DNA of 64,000 bases from a virus, in IMG/VR virus record IMGVR_UViG_3300020530_000006; one strand, 5' to 3'. The notes under the pieces are model-generated. The model was not told where the DNA came from. It saw only the letters and a program-made list of their open reading frames with translations, and searched no databases. Of the stretch, positions 10,476-23,100 are shown in pieces. How positions within the stretch are numbered: position 1 is the first letter of the stretch; every line of letters begins with the position of its first letter. The translations under genes and the position numbers were made by a program.

Positions 10476-11972
10476 TTATCCACATTTAATAAAGGTTTTA
10501 TTCCTACTATATGAATATGTAGAAATAGTTTTATTTTCTTCTTTAACTAACCATCCATTATATTTACTGGAAGAAAGTGTAAATTGCCTATCAACACAAT
10601 TTATAATTTCTGCAATTTTTGATTGATCACATCCTTGTAATGTTCCTCTAACCGTAACAGTAGCTTCTTGAGGTTTGTCTCCAATATAATGTATTATAGA
10701 TCGTAAATTATTTGGCACAATAAATTCTTGATGTCTAACAGATGGCAATTTTTCATCTATCGTTGTTTCTATTGCTGCTACTCCTAATGTTTTACACGTT
10801 GGTATATCCGCATATTCTGCGTTAAATGTAATTTCTCCAGCAACAACAGATGTTGATATACTGCTAGATATTCTTTGATAACAAACTTCTTCTGTGTCAT
10901 CTTCTTCGCAAGTTGAGTTTGGAGTTGGTCTTGGTTTGTTTCGCTCTCCTGTTGGATTTGGCGATAATTCAGGCCAATTACCATTGATAATTTTTGGTAA
11001 TATTTTACCCAAAGCAACATTAGCATTAGCTAATCTTTCTCCGGGTCCAATTTTATTGCCTAAAAAATTCAGAGTTGCCGGAGATAATCCTTTGATCGTT
11101 CCGCTAATTGTTCTAGTTTTTTTAGGCGTTTCTGATTCTAAAGACACTTTATCATCTGTATTAAGATCCACCCATGCGCTTGGAGCACAGCTCCCAGAGG
11201 ACATATATAGATCAAATTTCCAAATAGCGGCCCCAGAATCATTTATTTCGAAAGTTTTTGTATCTATCCATTTTTGCCAACCAGAATAATTAGCTAGCGG
11301 ATTTGTTGCTGCTTCTGGGCCACTAAATATAAAACTCATTAAATTAGCGGCTCTTTCTTCTATAAGAGCAATAGCCTGCTTCATGCCATCATATTCGGGA
11401 ACACCACAGATATTTCTACCATAGCATGTAACGTTGATTTCTCCTTGTGCTTTAACATATGATTTTGATAAACCCAATTCGGAATCTACTAGTCCCAAGT
11501 TATCAGAATTTCCTTCAAAAGATAATTTTTCAAAATATGCTTTGATAAATCTTGCGTTTTTTTCACTTAAATTATTTCGAGTTAAAAATTCAGGATCTGG
11601 ATTAACAGCCGGACCATCGCCTAATGCTTCTATCGCTATAACAATAGAATAAGTTGCTACGAATGGCTGGTCAGATTGGGATAATTCTACAGATCGTACT
11701 CGGCCAGCTCCTGATAAAAAGTCACTAGTTCCTTGACAGCCTATTGTTACCATTACGCAGTCCTGGGTGGATTGTAGGGCTCCGATGTCATTCATCTGTG
11801 TTACAATATCTTCTCCAACAATAGTGCCGTCTAAATTTACAATTAATAATCCTCCTATAATATATTGTCCACTTTTATTGTATTCGTATGATGTACTTAC
11901 GAACGGAGCTGGCTTTAAATTTGTATTTCCTATTTTAACCGAACTGGGGGTGATTGTTGCCATTATAAGCAC
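10476..11972 (-). CDS. Tail tip / distal tail-type structural protein (paralogue of 11963-13435)
   Basis: Downstream of the TMP; shares SYEY..SG.IIGG, SGTIKGL, GEITFN.EY and terminal FIxC with its neighbour. Confidence 0.55.
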   Translation of the reverse strand: MLIMATITPSSVKIGNTNLKPAPFVSTSYEYNKSGQYIIGGLLIVNLDGTIVGEDIVTQMNDIGALQSTQDCVMVTIGCQGTSDFLSGAGRVRSVELSQSDQPFVATYSIVIAIEALGDGPAVNPDPEFLTRNNLSEKNARFIKAYFEKLSFEGNSDNLGLVDSELGLSKSYVKAQGEINVTCYGRNICGVPEYDGMKQAIALIEERAANLMSFIFSGPEAATNPLANYSGWQKWIDTKTFEINDSGAAIWKFDLYMSSGSCAPSAWVDLNTDDKVSLESETPKKTRTISGTIKGLSPATLNFLGNKIGPGERLANANVALGKILPKIINGNWPELSPNPTGERNKPRPTPNSTCEEDDTEEVCYQRISSSISTSVVAGEITFNAEYADIPTCKTLGVAAIETTIDEKLPSVRHQEFIVPNNLRSIIHYIGDKPQEATVTVRGTLQGCDQSKIAEIINCVDRQFTLSSSKYNGWLVKEENKTISTYSYSRNKTFIKCG

Positions 11973-13435
11973 TCTATAAAGTTTTGTCGAATAGTATAGC
12001 TATTTCTAGTTTCTGTGGTGGTATTTTCTATTAGTAGTGCTTTTGCTGGAACATATTGGTTTATTGCTATTGCTAGTCCATCGTTTGTTGTGCATTTTGT
12101 TTTATTGCCACAATTATCTTCTGGATATGATGTTGCCACAGTAATATTAACTTTTTTTGCTGATTTACAATTTAAATTTTGTATAAGGGTGCCTCTTCCT
12201 GGTAAAATATGCTCGACATATTGAGGTTGTGGTTCGATAATTTCTACTGTTGTTTCTGTTTTGATTCCATCTTTTATACATGTACCTCCGCTACTATCTT
12301 GAGTTGTTGACCATTCAAAATTAAAGTTGATTACTCCATCTGTTCTAGATACTGATATTGTGCCAGAGGATGGTTTTATATAATTCGAGTCCTCATTACC
12401 ACCATCTTCTGGTTTGTTTTCGCATCTGCCTATATTAGTGTTGCTTGTTGGTGGACAATTTGGTTTTTCATTAAGTTCTAATGTTTGACCAGCCCAACTA
12501 TTTAAATCTTCATATTTTCCCCTTACTTTTGTAAAAGTTCCCATAGCATTAGCCAATTTTGAAACAGAGCATGTTGATACCAGAGTAACTAAGTCTCCCC
12601 AATCTACATTAACAAGACCCGTTACGGTTCCAGATGTAACATATGTTATATCTTTAGATTCGTATGTTCGATTATATGAAAAAATTAAATCGACCAATGC
12701 TGTTCCGGTAGATGTTGGTGGTAATAAAATCATATCACAACTAAAACTTATAGATCCATCGTTATCTATTTCTATAGATCTAGACTGTAAATATTTTTTA
12801 TACGCTCCATACAGTGTTATTAATTTTGAATTTGAAATACCGTATTTAACAAGTCTTTTCAAAACACTGATAGTAGTATTTGTTGATCCGCAATATGTTT
12901 CGCACTTTAAACTAATACTATTAGAAAATCTTATAAATGCTTTTGACACTCCATTAACTTCATCATAAACATATCCGTGAGAATCTTCCCCTATGGTAAT
13001 TGATTCTTTTCTACTAAGTTCAACCACACCATCAGCGGCTGTTATTCCAAAGCTATTTGATGGTATAGAAGATATTAATCCTCTTAGTTCTATACTATAA
13101 GCGCCCTGGTTTACCCATGATGGATCAGGACCTTGGTCTATGGTAACATTTGTAATCCTCGCTTTGTCACCTAGTGGATTAAAATTTGGTATACCAGTAG
13201 TAACCACACACTTTGGTGACGATCCTAATTTTCTGATTAATGCTAGTCTGGACATGACTACGCTTCCGGTTTTCGAGCCGTCTTGATCCGAAACAGATAC
13301 AATTCCTGTTATTTTAGCAATTATATTTCCTCCGATGATTTCTCCGGAGTCTGATGTATAGTATTCAAATGATATATTAGATGTTGGAGCATATTGTTCC
13401 TCATCTAATACCAATGATCCTATTGTAATTGACAT
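11963..13435 (-). CDS. Tail tip / distal tail-type structural protein (paralogue of 10476-11972)
   Basis: Same shared motifs and position. Confidence 0.55.
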   Translation of the reverse strand: MSITIGSLVLDEEQYAPTSNISFEYYTSDSGEIIGGNIIAKITGIVSVSDQDGSKTGSVVMSRLALIRKLGSSPKCVVTTGIPNFNPLGDKARITNVTIDQGPDPSWVNQGAYSIELRGLISSIPSNSFGITAADGVVELSRKESITIGEDSHGYVYDEVNGVSKAFIRFSNSISLKCETYCGSTNTTISVLKRLVKYGISNSKLITLYGAYKKYLQSRSIEIDNDGSISFSCDMILLPPTSTGTALVDLIFSYNRTYESKDITYVTSGTVTGLVNVDWGDLVTLVSTCSVSKLANAMGTFTKVRGKYEDLNSWAGQTLELNEKPNCPPTSNTNIGRCENKPEDGGNEDSNYIKPSSGTISVSRTDGVINFNFEWSTTQDSSGGTCIKDGIKTETTVEIIEPQPQYVEHILPGRGTLIQNLNCKSAKKVNITVATSYPEDNCGNKTKCTTNDGLAIAINQYVPAKALLIENTTTETRNSYTIRQNFIECL

Positions 13436-13437
13436 AA

Positions 13438-16400
13438 TTATGTATTAAGTGTTGATGCTGTAATTTTAATCCAATTATCATTGCCGCCATGAGCTAGTGT
13501 TATGTTATATAGAGAGGATAACGTTTCAAATGCGGATCCTGCTCCTGATTTTCTAATTTCTATAGTATTAACAGATGACATATTAGCTATAGTAAATTTT
13601 TTACCTAAATATAAGCCCGTGCCATTTGGTAGATAAACAATAGAAGATCCTGTTGGATATAAAAATTGATACTCGGCGTCTGTGTGTGTTAACTGTCTGG
13701 GTGATACAAAAGTTCCGGACGATGCTAAATTATTATATTCTACTTGATTATTTTGATACAATAATGATTGAACACTTCCACTACCAGAAACGGAAATCAT
13801 AGAGGGTAATATTAATTGATCGGTACTAAAAGATGTAAAGTCACCGGTTGCATATGTTCCATCAAAATCTATATCTATTACTTTTGAGATGCTATTACGA
13901 ACAATAAAATCTCCCTCATCACTAACTTCCATTGTGCCGCTGTTCCAAACGCCTGTTCCAATACTAACTACATCATTAATAACAAAAAGTTTCGCGTTAT
14001 TTCCGGAAGTCCCACTACCAACAACGATCTTATCTAGATATCCAGTTTTAGCTATAAGATCTTCAACATATGTTGTATTTGGTTGAATTCCAGTTATATT
14101 TTGTCCAAAAATAAATACATTATCATATCCTCCATCGTTATTATACCCACCAAAGATTACATTAAAATCCCCACTTGAAACATTAGCAAAACCATTTATT
14201 GTGGTATAATCGCCGGTCGAGTTATTTACTGCTCCAGCTATAATAGAACTATGTATTCCACTAATACTATTATTTGCTCCACCTAATATACAGCTCCATG
14301 TGCCACTACTACCTATAGTATTAGATTGACCACCACCAATAAAACTTTCTTGAGCATTATTAATATTTTGGCTTCCACCAATTATGGAAGAGAAAGATCC
14401 CGCTGTTCTATTGTTATATCCGCCACCTAAAAAGCTATAAGTTCCTGATGCTACACTAAGAGCAGATGATCGTCCTCTTTGTAGATCAACCGCATAAGAT
14501 CCTCTAAGATTACCAGAAGGATCTAATTGAAAAGCATTAGTTCCACTAGGAACTAGTATTAGGTTACCGCTTGTGGAACTTAATGTATTTCCATCCAATT
14601 TTAGATTATCCACAGATATACTACCATAAACTATCAATCCAGAATCCACAACAAAATCTGATGATGTTTTAACAACAACTCCGGTGTTGCTAACATTGAT
14701 ATAATTACTAGCATCAGTATAAAGGCTTATAATATTATTACCAGAAAAAGATGCTAAACTATTATTAGAAAGTAGTATATTGTTAATTCCAGAAACTTTT
14801 GTATTAGCGCCGATAACAATATTATTATTGCCAGACGATACTATGTTATTGCCAAAAACTAATCCGCCAGATCCGTATATTTGATTGAGGTATCCGGCCA
14901 TAAATCCGGTGTTAGAAATTGAGCCATAGTTTCCTATACCAAAAGCCACAAGAGAACCATCGTTCGCGGTTGCTAACAAAGAATTATTTTTACCAACAGC
15001 AACAGAGTTGTTTGCTGTAACGAGATTAGATTCTCCTAAACCAACAGAGTAGTCACCGTGCGCTCCGTTAAGATAACCACAAGTAACCGAGTACAAACCA
15101 CTATTAGCATTACCGATACCTATTGCGGTAACATAATCTTCATTGACTTCGTTATTATTGCCAATTATAACTACTCCAAAATTACCACTACTTAAGCATG
15201 TGTTATTTATACCAAATATGCTCATGTTCGATCCTGAACATACTATGTCATCTCCAAAAAGAATATTATTTGTACCACTAGTAACTATTGATTTTCCAAA
15301 AATAAAGTTTCCAGAACTTATAACAGTATTATCGTGTCCAACTACTGTATTTACGCCACTAATACTATTGCGACCTATAGAGGCCCCATTACCATTAACG
15401 TTAATAATTTCCGAAAGCACTCCACTATTAAGACTTTTAACAATGAATGTTGATCTTTCAGAGTTGTTTGTAATAGCATTTATATTAGATACTAAGGCTA
15501 AACCTGTTTTTTCCACACCAGATGAGTTTACAAATGTGAAGACTAAAGATTCATCAATACCGCTTGCTAATATTGATTTATTTTTAATACTGAATACCAC
15601 ATTATTATCTGTTAATGTTGTGTATGTTGCATTACCGGAACTGGTGATTGAGAAGTGATTATCGTTATTTGTGGCTATATAAATTTTATTATTGCCACTA
15701 ACACTCACATTTTCCCCACCTATTACCCATATGTTATTTCCAGACGCTGAATGATTGCTACCTATTAAACCACCAAATGTACCAGACGATAAGGAACAGT
15801 TGTCTCCTATAACAGCACAGTTTTCTCCACAGATATTATTATAGTATCCGAGAACAACGTTATTGCCTTCGTTAGATGATGCTCCACCTATGATTGTTCC
15901 GTCAAGATTAGAATTATTAAAACCAAGAGTTATTCCACTAGGAGCAAAAACTGCCACATCTTCGAACGATCCATTATTCATGATACCAATATTGACTAAA
16001 GATTTTTCTGATCCGCTAGTTGTTGATTCTATTTCTGTTACGATTTTACTGTACGCAACAGGAGCATTAGCAGAATTTAATCCAGAATAAGTTATTGTTC
16101 CAACCACATTATTTGTGGCTAAACCACTGGTTGACGTATTTCCAAGAACAATTGATGGACCAACACCACTCTTATAGATAACTATTCCATTTTTATTATT
16201 ACTATTTATTGTTAAAGTATCGTATGCGGCGGATGTGTTTATTCCTATAGTATTTGCTCCGCCATCAACAAATAGCAGATGGGTATTTCCTGTACCAGCT
16301 ACTCTAAGATCATTATCATATAATCTTTGATTAAAAATTGTGGTTTGTCCAGAAGATGATGGCAGAACTATATCTGCTGTGGCATTTCCAGAATTGCCTA

Positions 16401-17157
16401 TTAGTAGTGAACTGCTAGAATAATCCCACACAAAATTATTGACTCCACTAAATGATCCATCATATTTAAATTGTACATAGCCATCATTACCGTATGGATT
16501 GGTGGAATCTTGAACAGGATCTAACTTTAACCATCCTGTTTGTGATGGTACAGAAATCAGTTGTAGATAATCATTTAGTATTGTTACTGTTTCAGAAGAT
16601 GTCGAGCCGTTTATTGTCTCTGTTCCATATGGATCTAAAACTATAGCGTTTGATTGTTCGTAAGCTCCACCTATTGTGGATTTTAATAAAAATGATAAAA
16701 TTACAGGATCATCTTCGGAATTTACTTGTGGTAGAGTTACTGTTACTCCGGTAACAGAAGCATCCACAACATAAACCGCAGGAGCATATGGTGCGGTAAA
16801 AGATGATGATTTTTCTTCTAAATTAACAAACCCATTATTAATTAGATTGTCGGCAACAACACTCTCTACATATTTTGTGCCAGATGAGAAACTAACAAAA
16901 TTATTACCATTTGTAGAAGATAATACTCTCTCTCTAACTAACTGATTAACTCCACCACCACTACTAATATAGCCAATACCAATTTCCCACTCCAAGTTTG
17001 TGTCTCGTCTATATATATAATAGGCTAGTTTTTTGTCCGATCCTATTGCACCAACAAAAGATCTGGATCCTAGTGTGGCTCCGGAAAGAACAAAATTTCC
17101 CGAACCATTTGTTGTTGATGTTTCTTGAATTTTATTAGCATAATATGTTATAGACAT
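13438..17157 (-). CDS. Tail fibre/spike protein with beta-helix (YadA-like) repeats
   Basis: N-terminal ETSTTNGSGNFVLSGA anchor, GxxN repeats, modules shared with the 44064-49166 fibre. Confidence 0.7.
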   Translation of the reverse strand: MSITYYANKIQETSTTNGSGNFVLSGATLGSRSFVGAIGSDKKLAYYIYRRDTNLEWEIGIGYISSGGGVNQLVRERVLSSTNGNNFVSFSSGTKYVESVVADNLINNGFVNLEEKSSSFTAPYAPAVYVVDASVTGVTVTLPQVNSEDDPVILSFLLKSTIGGAYEQSNAIVLDPYGTETINGSTSSETVTILNDYLQLISVPSQTGWLKLDPVQDSTNPYGNDGYVQFKYDGSFSGVNNFVWDYSSSSLLIGNSGNATADIVLPSSSGQTTIFNQRLYDNDLRVAGTGNTHLLFVDGGANTIGINTSAAYDTLTINSNNKNGIVIYKSGVGPSIVLGNTSTSGLATNNVVGTITYSGLNSANAPVAYSKIVTEIESTTSGSEKSLVNIGIMNNGSFEDVAVFAPSGITLGFNNSNLDGTIIGGASSNEGNNVVLGYYNNICGENCAVIGDNCSLSSGTFGGLIGSNHSASGNNIWVIGGENVSVSGNNKIYIATNNDNHFSITSSGNATYTTLTDNNVVFSIKNKSILASGIDESLVFTFVNSSGVEKTGLALVSNINAITNNSERSTFIVKSLNSGVLSEIINVNGNGASIGRNSISGVNTVVGHDNTVISSGNFIFGKSIVTSGTNNILFGDDIVCSGSNMSIFGINNTCLSSGNFGVVIIGNNNEVNEDYVTAIGIGNANSGLYSVTCGYLNGAHGDYSVGLGESNLVTANNSVAVGKNNSLLATANDGSLVAFGIGNYGSISNTGFMAGYLNQIYGSGGLVFGNNIVSSGNNNIVIGANTKVSGINNILLSNNSLASFSGNNIISLYTDASNYINVSNTGVVVKTSSDFVVDSGLIVYGSISVDNLKLDGNTLSSTSGNLILVPSGTNAFQLDPSGNLRGSYAVDLQRGRSSALSVASGTYSFLGGGYNNRTAGSFSSIIGGSQNINNAQESFIGGGQSNTIGSSGTWSCILGGANNSISGIHSSIIAGAVNNSTGDYTTINGFANVSSGDFNVIFGGYNNDGGYDNVFIFGQNITGIQPNTTYVEDLIAKTGYLDKIVVGSGTSGNNAKLFVINDVVSIGTGVWNSGTMEVSDEGDFIVRNSISKVIDIDFDGTYATGDFTSFSTDQLILPSMISVSGSGSVQSLLYQNNQVEYNNLASSGTFVSPRQLTHTDAEYQFLYPTGSSIVYLPNGTGLYLGKKFTIANMSSVNTIEIRKSGAGSAFETLSSLYNITLAHGGNDNWIKITASTLNT

Positions 17158-17168
17158 TATAATGTTAC

Positions 17169-20100
17169 CTATTTTTTAGAAGTGCGTAAATCTAATTTAA
17201 TTCCACCATTAGTTTTATTACTTAATTCGGTTGATATTGTATTATAAATATCGTCAGCAAACTGCTCAAGTTTTTCTCCCAATCCTTGTCCGCCATTAAC
17301 TGTTACTGTTACATTTACTGGTATGGACCCTGTTACATTAAGGCTTATTGAATCTGGTATGCCGTCGAGGGCAGATTGTAATCTACCAACAGCAGTATTA
17401 AATTCTCCGATAGAAGTTGTTAGTCCTGTTGATGCTCCTCCTAATAATGCTGCTGCTGTTGATAATGCTGTAAATCCACTTACGATACTATCTAATGCTC
17501 CAAATCCACTTATTATTGCTGATCCGCCACTAACAAATTCTTGAATACTACCAGATAACTGGCCAACAATAGAATCAAAAGACGAAAATGAACCATCCAA
17601 ATTAGAAGTATCAATTGATAATACACCGCCAGATGATCCTCCGGATGAACTAATATTACCACCATTAACTCCACCATCAGCAAAATATTTGGGTTTTACC
17701 ATACCTCCGGTATTGTAGTTTTGACTATTAATTTGTTGTAATAAGCCTAAATTTTGTCTAGTGGCTTTACGATTGACCACAAATTCTCCCGGAGTTAACA
17801 TTGCGGGAACAGTGTCGGTTCCTCGTGGTTGATAGTTTACTAATTGGCCCTTACTAGCATAAACAATACCACCAGTAGACATATTTTGAGTGCGTCTTCG
17901 TTCCATTTCTTGTTGATATGCTAGTTGTTTATTTTTCTTTGAATCTTCATAATTTTTACGTTTATCCTCTTGCATTGATGAATAATTAAATTTACCTCTT
18001 TGTACTTTATAAAACGCTAAAGAGTCCTTATATTGACTATAAGCTGATTTATAACCTACTATTTTATTAGATTCATTCCCCAGCTCGCCAACTAAAGCAC
18101 TTCCTGCTTTCAGACCTAAACTTAAAGAAGATAAATCCCCTTCTCTAACACCAGATAGTTTTCGATTTTTAAAGGGGTCTTCTGCATTATTTTCCAAAGC
18201 CCAAGCTGCATCAGCTTTCTTTTTTTCCTCAAAACGTTTTTTATCAAAATCTTTTGGAACTAAAAATGTTTCTAATGATTTGTTTTTAAAATCTTCTAAA
18301 CTATAAATAGAAGGTAATCCAAACTCTTCAAAAGATTCTATTGTCTTACCGAAGTTATTTTTTATATAATCATTAACCGCAGTTAAATATGTTGTAGTAT
18401 CTGTCTTTAGTGGGTCCTCCTCTAACGATTGTTCTTGTGCTCTTATTAATAATTCTGATCTTAAGCGATCAAACTCTTTTATTGCAAATATGTTTTCTCT
18501 ATTTTTTTGTTCGGTCTGAGCTGTTTCATCATTATCGCTTTGAACTATTTTTCCTTTTTCTCTTGTGTCTAGACCAGTAATTCTTTGTGTCTTGCCTGGA
18601 GTTGTTTCACCGAATAATTCTTCATCAGCCTTCTTAATATATCTAGCGTCTGTTATAAATTTATCTTTAATTGGTGGTACGGGTGGTTGGGGTGGCGTCA
18701 TACCTACCAACCCTTTAATAAATTCTCTGTATGTTGGCTCATCATAATAATCTGGTTGAGCACCACTTACATTCTCAAGCATTTCTTCAGCCTTAGTATT
18801 CATGCTTTGCATAGTTTGGATAGAAGCAGCAGTAGTACCAACAACTCCTCTAATAGATTCTGGAAGCATTCCAATTAATTTTGAACCGATAGTTTGAGGC
18901 GCTGATACTCCAGCGGGTTGTTGAGTAGGTGTTGGAGTCTGATTATCGAATAGAGAAACCATATCGTCTAATATGTATGTTGGTGGACCTTGACGATTCT
19001 GTAAAGATTGTTTAAGTTTATTATACGCGTCATTATATGGTGTTCTCCAAGCATCAAACTCTATATTAGACATTTTGCTAATTTCTTCGCCACTGCTTTG
19101 TATCAAGCTCATTATAGCAGTCTCGAAATCCATAACAGCCTGATTATCTATGGTATTTGGAGATAGTTCTGACTGCCCTTTAATCCAGCCTAGTCCAGTT
19201 TCTATTTCTTTAGCAGCGTACTCGAATTGTTCTGGAGTTAGGTTTTGATCGGTGAAAGACGATGCGAAAAGCAAGTCCATACCTTCTCCGAGATGTCTCA
19301 TACCCAATAAGCCATCTCCATCTTTTTGTTCTGGCTTCTGAACATCTCCACCATCCTGTAAATAAGCAACCCCACCCTTACTATATCCCTTAGCGCCACC
19401 ATTAATAGATCTGAGAAGTCCAAGATTGTTTTTAGTGGCTCTGGCATTTACCACAAACTCTCCCGGAGTAAGCATAGCGGGTACAGTATCTGTGCCACGA
19501 GGTTGATATGGAACTAGTGTGCCTTTGCTGGCATAAACAGTTCCGCCCTTTTTATATCCATGCGCTTTCCACATTTGTCTTAAAATTTCTTGAGCTTTAG
19601 AGGATTTCTCAAATAAGTCTTTAGTAGCAGGGTCGAAAGCGGCTTGATTAAGAGTAGTAAAAAATTCTGCTCCAGCTACATTAGAGTTTGGATTTCTAAC
19701 AAATTTAGCATTATATGCGCTATTTAGTCCTTTAGCTATATCATTATATTCTGTATCCAAAAAAGAGTCCAATAATTTTGGATCAACCATCTTTTTCAGT
19801 TCATCATATGTCATATTCAATTTACCAGCCATACCAGCGGCAAAATGTGTAGATTCATGAACCCCTGTTGACATTTGCGATCCAGGACCTACTCCTATAA
19901 CCGGATTTGAAGATACACTACCTTTTTTAGTAAATATTCCTTTAGCCTTTTTTATATATGATGATGTATCAGGTAATCCACGAGCTCTAAAGTTCGTAGA
20001 CCATTTATTTGCTACTTTATTGAGATGTGTTTCAAAAGCGGCTGGGTCATCTATCCATGCCAACTCATCAGCGGATGCTTTTTCTAGCATGTCTATTAAA

Positions 20101-23100
20101 AATGCTTCTTGTTTATCTGGATTAACATTTCGTGACAAAGCTTCAAAGGCATCTCTTTGAGCCTGAGGTATATTTTCTGCGTATGCTTTTGCTTTAGATG
20201 ATAAAGCTATATCTTTTATAGATTTTGAAGATCTTGCTCCAATAGGACTAGAAAGACCAGACTTGATTGTGCTTCTACCCTCAGGAAAAAGATTTCTTAA
20301 TTCTTCTAATTTTTGTTCTACTGTAATTCCTTGTTCCGCTGCTCTTGCTCGTATAGCATCTCCAAAAGACAAAGGTTTTTCTTGAGTTATTGGTTTTGGT
20401 TGTTCAATTTGAGTTATTGGTTTTGGTGTCTCTGGAATTGGTTGAGTTGTTTTGGTTCTTTTCTCTGATCCTAATTTTACCAGATCTTCTAAAGGATTTT
20501 CAGATAGTTTTTGTTGTTTTTGTAAATTTTCAAACCATTTTCTTGTGGATCTATCTCTAAATATATTACTTATATTTTCACCAAAACCCATAATTTTTTC
20601 ACCAAGGCCAAAACGACCAGCTCCTTGCGCTCTTGCGGTTTTTCTTGCTTGTTTCTTCATCCAGTCTATTTTTGGAAGGACGCCTATTTTTCGTAATGAA
20701 TTTAAAATTGGGCTTTTTTCAAACTGTAACAAACCTCTAGCGGCGCCCATAGCTCCTTTACCAGCACCCATAACTCCTTTACCAGCAATACTAGCAGCAC
20801 CCATAACGCTCTTACCAGAAATACTGGCCGTACCCATAAGTGCCTTGCCGGTAAAATCTTGTAAACCAGCTAGACCTTTTTCGGCCAAATCAACACCTCC
20901 AAAAAAACCTTTTTTAATTCCTCCTCCAAGAATACCAAGTCCTCGTCCAACTGTTTGTCCAAACTCTGTTGACGCTTTTTGATCCAATAGATTTGCTGTC
21001 ATATTAGCAAAATTTGTGCCTGTGCCAGATGTTGTGCGATTTGCAATATCACTAGAAGCTCCTGTTGGAAATCTTACGTTTGTATTATCAAATAAATCAG
21101 CACTAGCTGTTGTTGTTTTAACAGGGGTTGGTGGTCTGGGTCCGACAGATTTTGCCATTCCTTTGAAAGCATTTGGAAACAATCTTCCAAATAACTTTTC
21201 ACCACCAATATCACCAGCTGCTTCACCGAAAATATCTCCTGTTGTAATGGCTCCTCTAACAACATTTTCAGGAGTTAACAGATTACCCAACGTTGTTCTG
21301 TTATCTGTTTGATAGGCCCCACTAGCTCTCTCCACTTCTTGAGATATCAAAGCTTCTCTTCTTTTCATTGCTTCTTGTTCCGCAGTACCATATGCTTCTC
21401 CAAAGCCCAAACGAGATCCTAATCCTGAGCCAACTTGTCGGATTCCTTCTATACCCATTCCGGCCTGAGCGCCGCCGGATTTTGCTAACTCTTGACCAAA
21501 CTGAGTAAGCATATCACTTCCAGTAAGTTTGCCAGCTCCATAAGTTAGTCCACCAGCAAGAACACCGGCTCCGCCAACAGTTGTTCTTATAACATTAGCA
21601 ACATTCTTTGGAACAGCACTAACAGCAGCTAAAACTGGACTTTTATCAACACCTTCGCCAAATTGTTGCAAGGCCGTATCCATATTTTTCTTAGCAAAGT
21701 CTTCTTGAGATTTAGCGACCATCTCTTGTCTTGCTCGTCCCTGTCTATTATATTCAACAGTAGCTGACGTTACTATCTCTCCTATTCTAGCTCTCAATGA
21801 TGACCTAGATTTGGCTAAAGGCACGTTGACTCTCCTTCTATCCCAATCAGTACCATAAATAGATGGTGTTTGTTCTCTTATTCTATTTTCAATAAATTCT
21901 CTTAAAATAGGATCGGATGTTTGGTTATAATAGCTACTGTTTCTATACATATCTACGAGAGACGCCCCAAAACTTTCTGCCTGGTACATTTTTGTTTCTT
22001 CTTTCAGACGTAATTTTCTTGCTTTATCATCGGAAAGAACCTTTTGTTGAGCCTCAAAAGCCTGTCGTGCTAAAACACCCTGTTTTTCAGCATCGCTTGA
22101 AAATGGTTTTTTAGTTAGTGGATTAATTTCTGTTCTTGCCTGAGTATCTGCTTGTTTCACAGTTTCCATCTGTCTTTTAGTTTTCTCAATTTCCGCAAAA
22201 CGTCCCTCAAATTCTTGTTTTCTTTGTTGTTCTCTTTCAGCCGCCTGAGCGTTGATCTGCGCTTGTCTTAATTTATCTCTTTCGTCAATGCTTAGTGGTC
22301 TAGATGCTGTTGAATAATCTCCATCCCTAATTCCAAGATCATCAGCACTAACTATACCAGCATTTACGGCTTTTCGAAGTTCTTCGGCTTGTAATTGAGC
22401 TAATCTTGGAGCATCTGCTGCTCTAGCTTCTCTAACTTTGTCTCCTTCAGCATTAGCTGCTTTTGATCTTCCAAATTCATAATTCTTAATAAATTCATTT
22501 ATAGCAGCGTCTACTGATTCTATATCTTCTGGAGCTAAAGATTCGTATCCTAATGGTCTTTCACTAGTGGCTCGCAAATCTTTAAAAATAGCATCTAAGT
22601 CAGCTTGGGATCCTGATCCTAATAGATCAGCATAATATTTGTCATCACCACTAGATGTCAAAAATTTACTAAATAATTGTTTACCTTTATTGATATCTAT
22701 TACGCCACCATCAGCTAAATAAACCATACCCCCCTTAGAATATCCAGTATTATTAGATCCATTATTTATAGATTTTAATAATCCCATATTCTTTTTGGTG
22801 GCTCTAGCATTAACAACAAACTCGCCAGGAGTTAGCATCGCTGGCACAGTGTCGGTTCCTTTTGGTTGAAAATTAACTAGCTGGCCCTTGCTAGCATAAA
22901 TCATTCCTCCTCTAGAAGCATAACCAGCAACATTGGCAGGATTTCCATCTATACCAACACCAACCGGACGCGCTTCTAATGGTAAATCTCCAGCATTTTT
23001 TATTCTATCTAGAAATGCATCTGCTGCTTCTATTACTTTAGTCTTTAAAATTTCAGATGAGTCTTCCATACGTTCAGATAATAGTAATGTGGCATCTGTT

